Assembly (NCBI GenBank): GCA_964565085.1 | Contig: CAZMCS010000001.1 | Span: 1 to 43,944 of the forward strand | Direction: 5' to 3' | Length of the DNA: 43,944 nt | Source: an uncultured Muribaculaceae bacterium | GTDB lineage: Bacteria; Bacillota_I; Bacilli_A; RF39; UBA660 | Part shown: one piece after another, positions 18,887 to 29,641 of the stretch | Position numbering within the stretch: position 1 is the stretch's first letter | How the letters are laid out: each line of letters opens with the position of its first letter | Program-made: the position numbers and the translations under genes | The notes under the pieces: generated by a model | The model's database searches: none | What the model was told of the DNA's origin: nothing | What the model saw: only the letters and a program-made list of their open reading frames with translations

Positions 18887-18957
18887 AATTTAATTTAATT
18901 TAATTATACACAATCAGTAAATGAGGATAAAATCTAAAGTAAAGATATTTATTAACA
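18887..18957. promoter_or_regulatory. oriC downstream part (dnaA-dnaN spacer): AT-rich candidate unwinding element plus DnaA-box-like sites
   Basis: (AATTT)n-like run AATTTAATTTAATTTAATT at 18888-18906, TTATACACA at 18904-18912 (one mismatch to TTATCCACA) and TTATTAACA at 18949-18957. Confidence 0.5.
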
Positions 18958-19010
18958 ATATAAACTCTATTAAAATAATAAAATATAATATAAGAAAGAA
19001 GGAATTACAA

Positions 19011-20132
19011 ATGAAATTTAAAATTAATAAAGGAATATTACTAGAAAATTTAAATTATGTAAGTAAAGCATTATCTAATAAAAATATAATACCAGTATTA
19101 AATGGAGTTAAATTTGATTTAACAAAAGAAGGATTATTTTTAACATCTACTGACAGTGATATGTCAATAAAATGCTTTATAGATAAAAAAGATATTAAAA
19201 ATATAAAAGAAACAGGTAGTGTTATAATATATGGAAGATATATATTAGATATAGTAAGAAAATTACCAAGTGATGATATTGAAATAGAAGATATTGATGG
19301 AAATAAAGCAATTATTTCAACTTCAACATCAAAATATAATTTAAATTGTTTTGATATTAAAGATTTTCCTAAAATAGAATTAAATGAAACTGAAAAACCA
19401 ATTAAAGTTTTAACAGGAATATTTAAAGAATTAATAAATCAAACATCTTTTGCGTCTTCAACACAAGAAAGTAGACCTTTATTAACAGGAATTAATTTAA
19501 AAATTTTAGGAGATATATTAGAATGTGTAGCAACAGATTCTTATAGATTAGCTAAAAAAATCTTAAAAATTGATAAACAAATATCAGAAAATATTAATAT
19601 AGTTATACCTTCAAAAAATATAAATGAATTAGTTAAAATATTAGAAGATGATAATGATACTTTAGAATTACATATTTTTAGTAATAAAATAATGTTTAAA
19701 TATAAAAATTTATTATTTCAATCTAGTTTATTAAATGGAAATTATCCAAATACAGATAACTTTGTTCCAACAGAATTTGAAACTGAAATTAATTTAGAAT
19801 TAAATGAATTATTTAATGTTATAGATAGAGCATCTTTATTAACACAATCAAAAGAAAAAAATATTGTTCAGTTAGAAATTTTAGAAGAAAAAATAATAAT
19901 AACATCATCTAGTATGGAAATAGGCAAAGTAGAAGAAGTAATGAAACATAATAAAAAAATAGGACCTGATATTAAAATTTCTTTTAGTGCTAAGTATATG
20001 TTAGAAGCTTTAAAAACTTTTAATACAAAAAATATTAGATTGCTCTTAAATGGAGAAATAAAGCCTATTATATTAAAAGAAGATAAAAAAGAAGATTTAA
20101 TCCAATTAATTCTTCCTATAAAGACATATTAA
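19011..20132 (+). CDS. dnaN: DNA polymerase III beta sliding clamp
   Basis: MKFKINKGILLENLNYVSKALS..., ATDSYRLA, three-domain length of 373 aa. The ATG at 19011 follows GAAGGA. The longer track ORF (from 18921) has an implausible N-terminal extension. Confidence 0.95.
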   Translation: MKFKINKGILLENLNYVSKALSNKNIIPVLNGVKFDLTKEGLFLTSTDSDMSIKCFIDKKDIKNIKETGSVIIYGRYILDIVRKLPSDDIEIEDIDGNKAIISTSTSKYNLNCFDIKDFPKIELNETEKPIKVLTGIFKELINQTSFASSTQESRPLLTGINLKILGDILECVATDSYRLAKKILKIDKQISENINIVIPSKNINELVKILEDDNDTLELHIFSNKIMFKYKNLLFQSSLLNGNYPNTDNFVPTEFETEINLELNELFNVIDRASLLTQSKEKNIVQLEILEEKIIITSSSMEIGKVEEVMKHNKKIGPDIKISFSAKYMLEALKTFNTKNIRLLLNGEIKPIILKEDKKEDLIQLILPIKTY

Positions 20133-20160
20133 ACTGGAAAAAAACCAGTTTTTTATTTTT
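20131..20160 (+). terminator. Rho-independent terminator after dnaN
   Basis: AAACTGG, A-rich loop, CCAGTTT, followed by TTTTATTTTT. Confidence 0.6.
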
Positions 20161-20162
20161 TT

Positions 20163-20195
20163 CTTTATTCGACAAATATCAACTTTATTCGACAA
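20163..20195. promoter_or_regulatory. Two perfect Spo0A-box-containing 13-bp direct repeats upstream of comK
   Basis: CTTTATTCGACAA occurs at 20163-20175 and 20183-20195, a 20-bp period. Each contains TTCGACA, the reverse complement of the 0A box TGTCGAA. Confidence 0.5.
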
Positions 20196-20244
20196 TTAAA
20201 AATGTTATTATAGCATCTATTCTTAAAAAGAAGGAGGTGTAGAT

Positions 20245-20700
20245 TTGAGTTATGAAATAAATAAAAATACATTAGCTATTATTCCTATTGAAACTAAAAA
20301 AAGTAAAATAATAGAAAAGTCTAATGAATATGTATTTGAAAAAAATAGTTTTCAAATAGTTGAACATAGTTGTAAGTATTTTGGAAGTTCATATGAAGGA
20401 AGACATAAAGGAACTAAAGAATTAACTGGAATAACACATAAATCACCTATAATAATAGAAGAATCCAGTAAATTAATTTTTTTCCCAACAACTTCTCCCT
20501 TAAGAGATGATTGTATTTGGATTTCATTAAATAATATTTTAAATTATTTCCCGGGAAATAATGGAGATACATCATTTGTTGAATTTAAATCAGGAGAAAA
20601 GTTAGAATTAGATATGTCAATTGGATCACTTACTAATCAAATATTAAGAGCTACAAGACTTCAAGTTGTATTAAGTGAAAGAATTAAAAATAATAACTAA
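20245..20700 (+). CDS. comK: ComK-family competence transcription factor
   Basis: LAIIPIE..., VEHSCKYFGSSYEGRHKGT, KSPIIIEES..LIFFPTTSP...CIWISLNNI match the ComK family pattern. TTG start 5 nt after GGAGGTG. Confidence 0.8.
   Translation: MSYEINKNTLAIIPIETKKSKIIEKSNEYVFEKNSFQIVEHSCKYFGSSYEGRHKGTKELTGITHKSPIIIEESSKLIFFPTTSPLRDDCIWISLNNILNYFPGNNGDTSFVEFKSGEKLELDMSIGSLTNQILRATRLQVVLSERIKNNN
20545..20560. promoter_or_regulatory. Perfect Noc-binding-site (NBS) 16-mer inside the comK coding sequence
   Basis: TATTTCCCGGGAAATA. The perfect palindrome extends to 20 bp (20543-20562) and encodes NYFPGNN. Confidence 0.65.
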
Positions 20701-20738
20701 ATTTAATAGAATTTAAAAAGAATTTATGTTATAATTAG

Positions 20739-20778
20739 TAATAGGTATAGGAGTACATGTATACCTATTATTTAATTT
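20739..20778 (+). terminator. Hairpin/terminator after comK
   Basis: TAATAGGTATA (20739-20749) pairs with TATACCTATTA (20760-20770) around a 10-nt loop, then a T-rich tail (TTTAATTT). Confidence 0.45.
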
Positions 20779-20802
20779 AATGGGGTTAAAAGAGGTTTTA
20801 AA

Positions 20803-23800
<2,998 letters not shown>

Positions 23801-23809
23801 GGAGGTTAA

Positions 23810-26287
23810 ATGATGAATATAGAAAATGAAATAAGAGATAGAGTTTCTGATGTTAATATTTATAATGAAATGAAAAATTCATTTATAGATTATTCAATGA
23901 GTGTAATTGTATCAAGAGCTTTACCTGATGTTAGAGATGGATTAAAACCGGTTCACAGAAGAATATTATATGCAATGAATACTTTAGGGATGACGGCTGG
24001 ATCTCCTTATAAAAAAAGCGCAAGAATCGTCGGAGACATTATTGGTAAATATCACCCTCATGGAGATTCATCTGTTTATGATGCTTTAGTTAGAATGTCT
24101 CAAGATTTTAACTATAGATATGCATTAGTGGACGGACATGGAAACTTTGGTTCTGTTGATGGTGATGGCGCTGCTGCAATGCGTTATACTGAAGCTAGAA
24201 TGAGTAAAATTGCAATGGAAATGATAAGAGATATAAATAAAGATACTGTTGATTTTATTCCAAACTTTGATGAGGAAGAAACAGAACCGGTAGTATTACC
24301 TTCTAGATTTCCAAACTTATTAGTTAATGGAAGTGTAGGGATCGCAGTAGGTATGGCTACAAACATTCCTCCTCATAATATTTGTGAAACCATAGATGGT
24401 TGTATAGCTTGTATAGATAATCCTAATATTAGTATAGTAGAATTAATGCAATATATAAAAGGTCCAGATTTCCCAACAGGAGCAGTTATTTTAGGAAATA
24501 GTGGCATAAAAAAAGCTTATGAAACGGGTAAAGGAATAATCTATATTCGCGCGAAAGCGACTATAGAAGAAAATAAAAATGGAAAACATTCTATTATAAT
24601 TACTGAAATACCATATCAAATTAATAAATCTAATTTAATAATTAAGATAGCAGATTTAGTTAAAGAAAAAATAATTGATGGTGTTTCTAATATAATTGAC
24701 GAAACATCATTAGAAAAAGGTTTAAGAATTGTTATAGATGTTAAAAAAGAAGCTAATGCTAATGTGATTCTAAATAATTTATATAAGCACACTGCACTAC
24801 AATCTTCTTTTGGGATAAATATGTTAGCTTTAGTAGATGGACAACCAAAAATATTAAATTTAAAAGAGATTCTTACTAATTATATTGAATACCAAAAGTT
24901 AGTTATTATTAGAAGAACAAAGTTTGATTTAGAAAAAGCAGAAAAACAAGCTCATATATTAGAAGGATTAAAAATTGCTTTAGATAATATAGATGAAATA
25001 ATTAAATTAATTAAAACTGCAAAGACTGATGCAGAAGCCAAAACTGGCTTAATGACTAAGTTTAATTTATCTGAAGTCCAATCAGAAGCTATTCTTGAAA
25101 TGAAATTAAGAAGGTTAACCGGGTTAGAAAGAGAAAAAATAGAAGAAGAGTTGGAAAAACTATTAAAGTTTATAGCAGAATTAAAAGAAATTTTATCAGA
25201 TCCAACTAAAGTATTAGATACAATTAAAAAAGAACTTCTTGAAATAAAAGAAAAATATGGAGATGAACGAAGGACAGATATAGATATGACATCAGTGGAA
25301 TATATTGAAGATGAATCATTAATTCCAGAAGAAAAAATAGTGGTAACAATTACTAACAACAATTATATTAAAAGAATTCCTAGCGATACATATAAAACTC
25401 AAAATAGAGGTGGAGTGGGCATAAAAGGAATGACAATTAATGAAGAAGATTTTGTAGATAAAATTATCAGTTTAACTACACATGATTATATGTTATTCTT
25501 TTCAAATAAAGGAAAGGTATATAGATTAAAAGGTTACGAAATACCAGAGTTCTCTAGGACAGCTAAGGGGTTACCATTAGTAAATTTATTACAAATAGAT
25601 AAAGATGAGAATATAAATGCTGTAGTAAAAATAGAAAAAGAAAATACATACAAATGTTTGTTCTTTGCAACAAAACAAGGAGTTGTGAAAAGAACAGAAA
25701 TATCTGAATTTGACAGTATAAGACAAAGTGGTAAAATTGCGATTACATTAAAAGATAAAGATGAGTTAATAGCGGTTAAGAAAACCACAGGTAACAACCA
25801 AATATTAATGTGTTCTTCAAATGGAAGAATGGTCAGATTTAATGAAATTGAAGTAAGAATTATGGGAAGAACTGCTGCAGGAGTGAGAGGGATCAATTTA
25901 GGAGAAAATATTTGTGTAGGAACAGAAATATCTGAAGAAAATCATTTGGTTTTAGTTGTTACTGAAAAAGGATATGGCAAAAAAACAAAGATAGAAGAAT
26001 ATAGAGAGACCAAGCGAGGAAGTAAAGGTGTAAAAACATTGAATGTGACATCTAAGAATGGTAACATTGTTGGTTTCAAATCAATTTCTGAGGACTCTGA
26101 TTTAATAATAGTAACAAATAATGGAATAATAATTAGAATAGATGCTAACAAAATATCAGAAATGGGCAGAGTAACTCAAGGAGTAAGATTAATTAATTTA
26201 AAAGAAAATAATTTAGTAGCATCAATATCTATTATAAAAAAAGAAGATGACATTTCTAATGAAATGCCAGAAGATAATAATGAGTAA
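23810..26287 (+). CDS. gyrA: DNA gyrase subunit A
   Basis: [31 protein letters not shown] (QRDR), [11 protein letters not shown] (catalytic Tyr) and C-terminal beta-pinwheel repeats. 825 aa. Confidence 0.98.
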   Translation: MMNIENEIRDRVSDVNIYNEMKNSFIDYSMSVIVSRALPDVRDGLKPVHRRILYAMNTLGMTAGSPYKKSARIVGDIIGKYHPHGDSSVYDALVRMSQDFNYRYALVDGHGNFGSVDGDGAAAMRYTEARMSKIAMEMIRDINKDTVDFIPNFDEEETEPVVLPSRFPNLLVNGSVGIAVGMATNIPPHNICETIDGCIACIDNPNISIVELMQYIKGPDFPTGAVILGNSGIKKAYETGKGIIYIRAKATIEENKNGKHSIIITEIPYQINKSNLIIKIADLVKEKIIDGVSNIIDETSLEKGLRIVIDVKKEANANVILNNLYKHTALQSSFGINMLALVDGQPKILNLKEILTNYIEYQKLVIIRRTKFDLEKAEKQAHILEGLKIALDNIDEIIKLIKTAKTDAEAKTGLMTKFNLSEVQSEAILEMKLRRLTGLEREKIEEELEKLLKFIAELKEILSDPTKVLDTIKKELLEIKEKYGDERRTDIDMTSVEYIEDESLIPEEKIVVTITNNNYIKRIPSDTYKTQNRGGVGIKGMTINEEDFVDKIISLTTHDYMLFFSNKGKVYRLKGYEIPEFSRTAKGLPLVNLLQIDKDENINAVVKIEKENTYKCLFFATKQGVVKRTEISEFDSIRQSGKIAITLKDKDELIAVKKTTGNNQILMCSSNGRMVRFNEIEVRIMGRTAAGVRGINLGENICVGTEISEENHLVLVVTEKGYGKKTKIEEYRETKRGSKGVKTLNVTSKNGNIVGFKSISEDSDLIIVTNNGIIIRIDANKISEMGRVTQGVRLINLKENNLVASISIIKKEDDISNEMPEDNNE

Positions 26288-26303
26288 TGTTTCACGTGAA
26301 ACA
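26288..26303. promoter_or_regulatory. parS: parS site 1 (perfect ParB/Spo0J centromere-like site); may double as the gyrA terminator stem
   Basis: TGTTTCACGTGAAACA matches the Firmicute parS consensus TGTTNCACGTGAAACA. The palindrome extends to 26 bp (26283-26308), includes the gyrA stop codon, and is followed by CTTTTTTTT. Confidence 0.85.
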
Positions 26304-26322
26304 TTACTTTTTTTTATTAAAT

Positions 26323-26338
26323 TATTTCCCGGGAAATA
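26323..26338. promoter_or_regulatory. Noc-binding site (NBS) copy, module 1
   Basis: TATTTCCCGGGAAATA contains the B. subtilis NBS core ATTTCCCGGGAAAT. The perfect palindrome is 24 bp (26319-26342). Confidence 0.75.
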
Positions 26339-26417
26339 ATTTTGAAATAAAATTTAATTTTAAAAATAAAATAAATGTTAAAATTTAGTTTTATTTTAAA
26401 ACAATATATAAATACTA

Positions 26418-26433
26418 TGTTTCACGTGAAACA
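26418..26433. promoter_or_regulatory. parS: parS site 2 (perfect)
   Basis: TGTTTCACGTGAAACA. The palindrome extends to 22 bp (26415-26436). Confidence 0.85.
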
Positions 26434-26455
26434 TAGGTTTATTAGATAAATAAAT

Positions 26456-26471
26456 TATTTCCCGGGAAATA
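26456..26471. promoter_or_regulatory. Noc-binding site (NBS) copy, module 2
   Basis: TATTTCCCGGGAAATA. The perfect palindrome is 26 bp (26451-26476) and lies immediately upstream of the ffs promoter region. Confidence 0.75.
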
Positions 26472-26480
26472 ATTTACAAT

Positions 26481-26500
26481 TATAATATAATATAATATAA
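26481..26500. repeat. (TATAA)4 pentanucleotide repeat that generates overlapping TATAAT -10 hexamers
   Basis: TATAATATAATATAATATAA. The last TATAAT (26496-26501) lies ~6 nt upstream of the predicted SRP RNA 5' end. Confidence 0.7.
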
Positions 26501-26507
26501 TTTAATT

Positions 26508-26585
26508 GGCACAACATATAACATGGAATCAGGTCAGAGTTGGAAAACAGCAGCCTTAACATAGTTTATATGTGTGTGCCTTTTT
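26508..26585 (+). ncRNA. ffs: Small (4.5S-type) signal recognition particle RNA
   Basis: A long hairpin: GGCACAACAUAUAAC pairs with GUUUAUAUGUGUGUGCC. The apex CAGGUCAGAGUUGGAAAACAGCAGCC matches the conserved SRP domain IV (GGUCAG...GGAA tetraloop...CAGC). It is followed by U5. The position next to tadA/dnaX matches scr in B. subtilis. Confidence 0.8.
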
Positions 26586-26599
26586 AAAAGAGGTTTATA

Positions 26600-27007
26600 A
26601 TGAATAGAAAGTACATAGATATTTTAAAAAGATTAGTTCAAAAAGCAATTAAAAGCGATGAAGTCCCAGTAGGAGCGTTAATAACTTATAATAATAGAAT
26701 AATATCTAAATCATATAATAAGCGAAAAAAGAAAAATAATGTACTTATGCACGCTGAAGTCGACGCAATAATAAAAGCATCAAAAAAATTGAAAGATTGG
26801 AGACTTAATCACTGTATAATGTATGTTACTTTGAAACCATGCGAAATGTGCATTGAAATTATTAAAGCATCAAGAATAAAAAAAGTTTATTATTTGTTAG
26901 AAAACGAGAAAGAAATTAATAATAATACTGAATTTATAATGAAAAAAGATGATTATAGTTTTGAATACAAAGAAACTTTAGCAAATTTTTTTAAAAGAAA
27001 AAGATAA
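26600..27007 (+). CDS. tadA: tRNA-specific adenosine deaminase (CMP/dCMP deaminase zinc-binding)
   Basis: VPVGALI, HAEVDAI and PCEMC zinc-ligand motifs. 135 aa. Confidence 0.88.
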   Translation: MNRKYIDILKRLVQKAIKSDEVPVGALITYNNRIISKSYNKRKKKNNVLMHAEVDAIIKASKKLKDWRLNHCIMYVTLKPCEMCIEIIKASRIKKVYYLLENEKEINNNTEFIMKKDDYSFEYKETLANFFKRKR

Positions 27008-27057
27008 CTATATTAATTTTAAATACAGTGATATAATTTATTAAGGTGGGTGATGAC

Positions 27058-28689
27058 ATGAGTTATACAGCTCTTTATAGAAAATATAGACCGCTTACTT
27101 TCTCAGATGTAAATGGCCAAGATGTTATTATAAAAATATTAAGAAATTCGATTATGCACAATCAAATCGGACACGCTTATTTGTTTAGTGGACCTAGAGG
27201 AACTGGAAAAACAAGTGTTGCTAAAATTTTTGCAAAAGCAGTAAATTGTTTATCTCCTAAAGATGGGGATATTTGTGAAGAATGCGATATGTGTAAAAAA
27301 ATTTCTGAGACATCTGTAGATATAGTAGAGATAGATGCAGCTAGTAACAATGGCGTTGATGAAATAAGAGAAATAAGAAATAATGCGAAATTAATGCCCT
27401 CAATATCAAAATATAAAGTTTATATAATAGATGAAGTGCATATGTTATCTACAGGCGCATTTAATGCTCTTCTCAAAACATTAGAAGAACCACCTGGTCA
27501 TGTAATATTTATTTTAGCTACAACTGAAATTCAAAAAATACCTTTAACTATAATTTCTAGATGCCAAAGATTTGATTTTAAGAAAATTGTTCCATCAATT
27601 TTAAAAAATAGACTCTCTTATATAGCAAAAACAGAAAATAAGAAAATTAATGATAATGTTTTAGATTTAGTATGTAAACTAAGTGATGGCAGTTTTAGAG
27701 ATGCTATTAATTTAATTGATCAAATAACAACAATAGCAGGGGATGACATTACAAATGAAGATGTTTATCTATTAAGCGGAGATGTTAGTGATAATATCAT
27801 CGAACAATTATTCGATAATATGATTTTTTCAGATTTAAATAGTGGTATGAAGATAATAGATGAATTATATCAATCTGGAAAAAATTTTAATACTGTAGCA
27901 GAAAGACTGTTGATTTTCTTAAGAGATATTACAATAAATAATAATATTCGTGGGTATTTTAATGAATATTATTGTAAAATATTAGATAAATATAATCATT
28001 TAACTAATGAATTATGTAAAAAAATAAGTAAAACACTTACAGAACTGTTATTAGAATTAAAAAGATCTACAAATCAAAAAATTATATTTGAAATATATTT
28101 TATTAATCTTTTTTCTTTAAATGATATTGAAGCAGAGATAAAAACAGAAGAAATAAAAGAAGATAAAGTTAAAACAGTTACCAAATCAAACAAGAAAATA
28201 GAAATGCTTGTTGAGAATTTTGAAAACTTAAAGCAAATTAGAATAAATAACGCTTTAGCAACTGCTAATAAAGAAATTCTAAATGAACTATCTAAGAAGT
28301 TTGAAGAAATAGAAAATTATATATCAAATAAAACATATAATAATGTTGCGAAATTATTAGTGACTAGCAAAATCGTTGTGGCTTCTTCAAATTATATTAT
28401 GTTTTCGTTTACTAAATCAGTATCTATGGATATGTTTTATAAAAATTTAAAACAAATTGAAAAACTAGTAGAAAAAATTTACAAAAATAAATATAACTTG
28501 GTTGCGATTACAGACAAAGAGTGGAATATTATTAAAAAAGAATATATTGATAATAAAAACAACGGAATTAAATATGAATTAATTGAAGAAACTAAAGATT
28601 TATTAAGAAATTCAAACGATGATATTATGGAAGAAGTTGAAGTTTCAGCAATAGATTTATTTGGTGAAGAAAATGTAAATATAAAATAA
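27058..28689 (+). CDS. dnaX: DNA polymerase III subunit gamma/tau
   Basis: YRKYRPLTFSDVNGQ, GPRGTGKTS, zinc module CEECDMCKK, IIDEVHMLS, SRCQRFDF. The ATG at 27058 follows AAGGTGGG. Confidence 0.95.
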   Translation: MSYTALYRKYRPLTFSDVNGQDVIIKILRNSIMHNQIGHAYLFSGPRGTGKTSVAKIFAKAVNCLSPKDGDICEECDMCKKISETSVDIVEIDAASNNGVDEIREIRNNAKLMPSISKYKVYIIDEVHMLSTGAFNALLKTLEEPPGHVIFILATTEIQKIPLTIISRCQRFDFKKIVPSILKNRLSYIAKTENKKINDNVLDLVCKLSDGSFRDAINLIDQITTIAGDDITNEDVYLLSGDVSDNIIEQLFDNMIFSDLNSGMKIIDELYQSGKNFNTVAERLLIFLRDITINNNIRGYFNEYYCKILDKYNHLTNELCKKISKTLTELLLELKRSTNQKIIFEIYFINLFSLNDIEAEIKTEEIKEDKVKTVTKSNKKIEMLVENFENLKQIRINNALATANKEILNELSKKFEEIENYISNKTYNNVAKLLVTSKIVVASSNYIMFSFTKSVSMDMFYKNLKQIEKLVEKIYKNKYNLVAITDKEWNIIKKEYIDNKNNGIKYELIEETKDLLRNSNDDIMEEVEVSAIDLFGEENVNIK

Positions 28690-28705
28690 GAAAGGATGAT
28701 TTTAA

Positions 28706-28999
28706 ATGAATATGCAAAATCTTATGGCGCAAGCCAGGAAATTACAAAGTGATATGGAAAAAATCACAAAAGAAATAGAAGAAACAGTATTTACAGGGGA
28801 AAACGGAACAGTTAAAGTTGAAGTTTCCGGAAAAAGTATTGTTAATAAAGTTATAATAACAGATGGAAGTATATTAAATGATAAAGAGATGCTTGAAGAT
28901 ATGATATTATTGGCAATAAATGAGGCTTTAGGGAAAATAAAGAAGATTAAAAATGAACGTTTGGGTAAATTTACAGGTGGTCTTGGAGGAATGTTTTAA
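28706..28999 (+). CDS. ybaB: Nucleoid-associated protein YbaB/EbfC
   Basis: 97 aa, MQNLMAQARKLQSDMEK..., in dnaX-ybaB-recR synteny. Confidence 0.92.
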   Translation: MNMQNLMAQARKLQSDMEKITKEIEETVFTGENGTVKVEVSGKSIVNKVIITDGSILNDKEMLEDMILLAINEALGKIKKIKNERLGKFTGGLGGMF

Positions 29000-29001
29000 G
29001 T

Positions 29002-29601
29002 ATGATATATCCTAAAGACTTTTTACAATTAATTGAGAGTTTTAAAATATTACCTGGAATAGGAGATAAGTCTGCTGAGAGGTTCGTTTATGCGATTGAC
29101 AACAGTGATGAAAAAGAAGTTGAAACTTTTGCGAAAAATTTAATTAATTTTAAAAAAAATATTAAAAAGTGTTCTATTTGTGGGCATTATACTGATAAAG
29201 ATATATGTAATATATGTTCTGATGTTCATCGCGATAATAGTGTTATTTGTGTAGTAGAAGATCCTAAAAGTGTATTTATGTTTGAAAAAACCGGAAATTA
29301 TAGAGGTAAATATCATGTGTTGAACGGATTAATTTCTCCTATAGATGGAATAAATCCTGAAGACATAAATATTGATAATTTAATAAATAAAAGAATAAAT
29401 ACTGATGTAAAAGAAATTATAATTGCAATTAATCCATCAATAGAAGGTGAAACAACTTCTTTATATATTCATACATTGTTAAGAAATAAAAATAAGAAAA
29501 TATCTAGGTTGGCATATGGAATTCCAGCAGGTTCAGAAATAGAATATTTAGATCCTATTATGGTATCTAAAGCATTAGATGATAGAAAAGAAATTTCATA
29601 A
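29002..29601 (+). CDS. recR: Recombination protein RecR
   Basis: LPGIGDKSAERF helix-hairpin-helix, CSICGHYTDKDICNICSD zinc finger and a Toprim region. Confidence 0.95.
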   Translation: MIYPKDFLQLIESFKILPGIGDKSAERFVYAIDNSDEKEVETFAKNLINFKKNIKKCSICGHYTDKDICNICSDVHRDNSVICVVEDPKSVFMFEKTGNYRGKYHVLNGLISPIDGINPEDINIDNLINKRINTDVKEIIIAINPSIEGETTSLYIHTLLRNKNKKISRLAYGIPAGSEIEYLDPIMVSKALDDRKEIS

Positions 29602-29612
29602 ATTGTACAAGT

Positions 29613-29634
29613 CCTTAATATAATTATATTAAGG
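29613..29634 (+). promoter_or_regulatory. 22-bp perfect palindrome that overlaps the bofA Shine-Dalgarno
   Basis: CCTTAATATAATTATATTAAGG. The right arm runs into AAGGAG (29631-29636), 5 nt before the bofA ATG. Confidence 0.4.
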
Positions 29635-29641
29635 AGAAAAG

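Noticed and set aside
26328-26333. CCCGGG cores as SmaI/XmaI-type restriction-modification targets or cloning scars.
   Set aside because: The conserved sequence extends to 20-26 bp of perfect dyad symmetry, far beyond a 6-bp R-M site. No R-M genes are present in the window.
26283-26342. Reading the gyrA-distal palindromes as nothing more than rho-independent terminators or a REP/MITE-like repeat.
   Set aside because: The first parS copy is followed by a T-run and may also terminate gyrA. However, the second parS and two of the three intergenic NBS copies lack U-tracts. One NBS copy lies inside a coding sequence. The 16-mers match the parS and NBS consensus sequences exactly. Protein-binding sites are the better explanation.
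26377-26451. A 24-codon ORF (MLKFSFILKQYINTMFHVKHRFIR) spanning the second parS.
   Set aside because: It has no SD, is tiny, and its sequence is dictated by the palindrome. There is no support for coding.
28534-28540. An AAAAAAG run in dnaX as a gamma/tau programmed frameshift site.
   Set aside because: The heptamer is not in the X_XXY_YYZ register relative to the dnaX frame. It also lies near the C-terminus, so it would not generate a gamma-like product.
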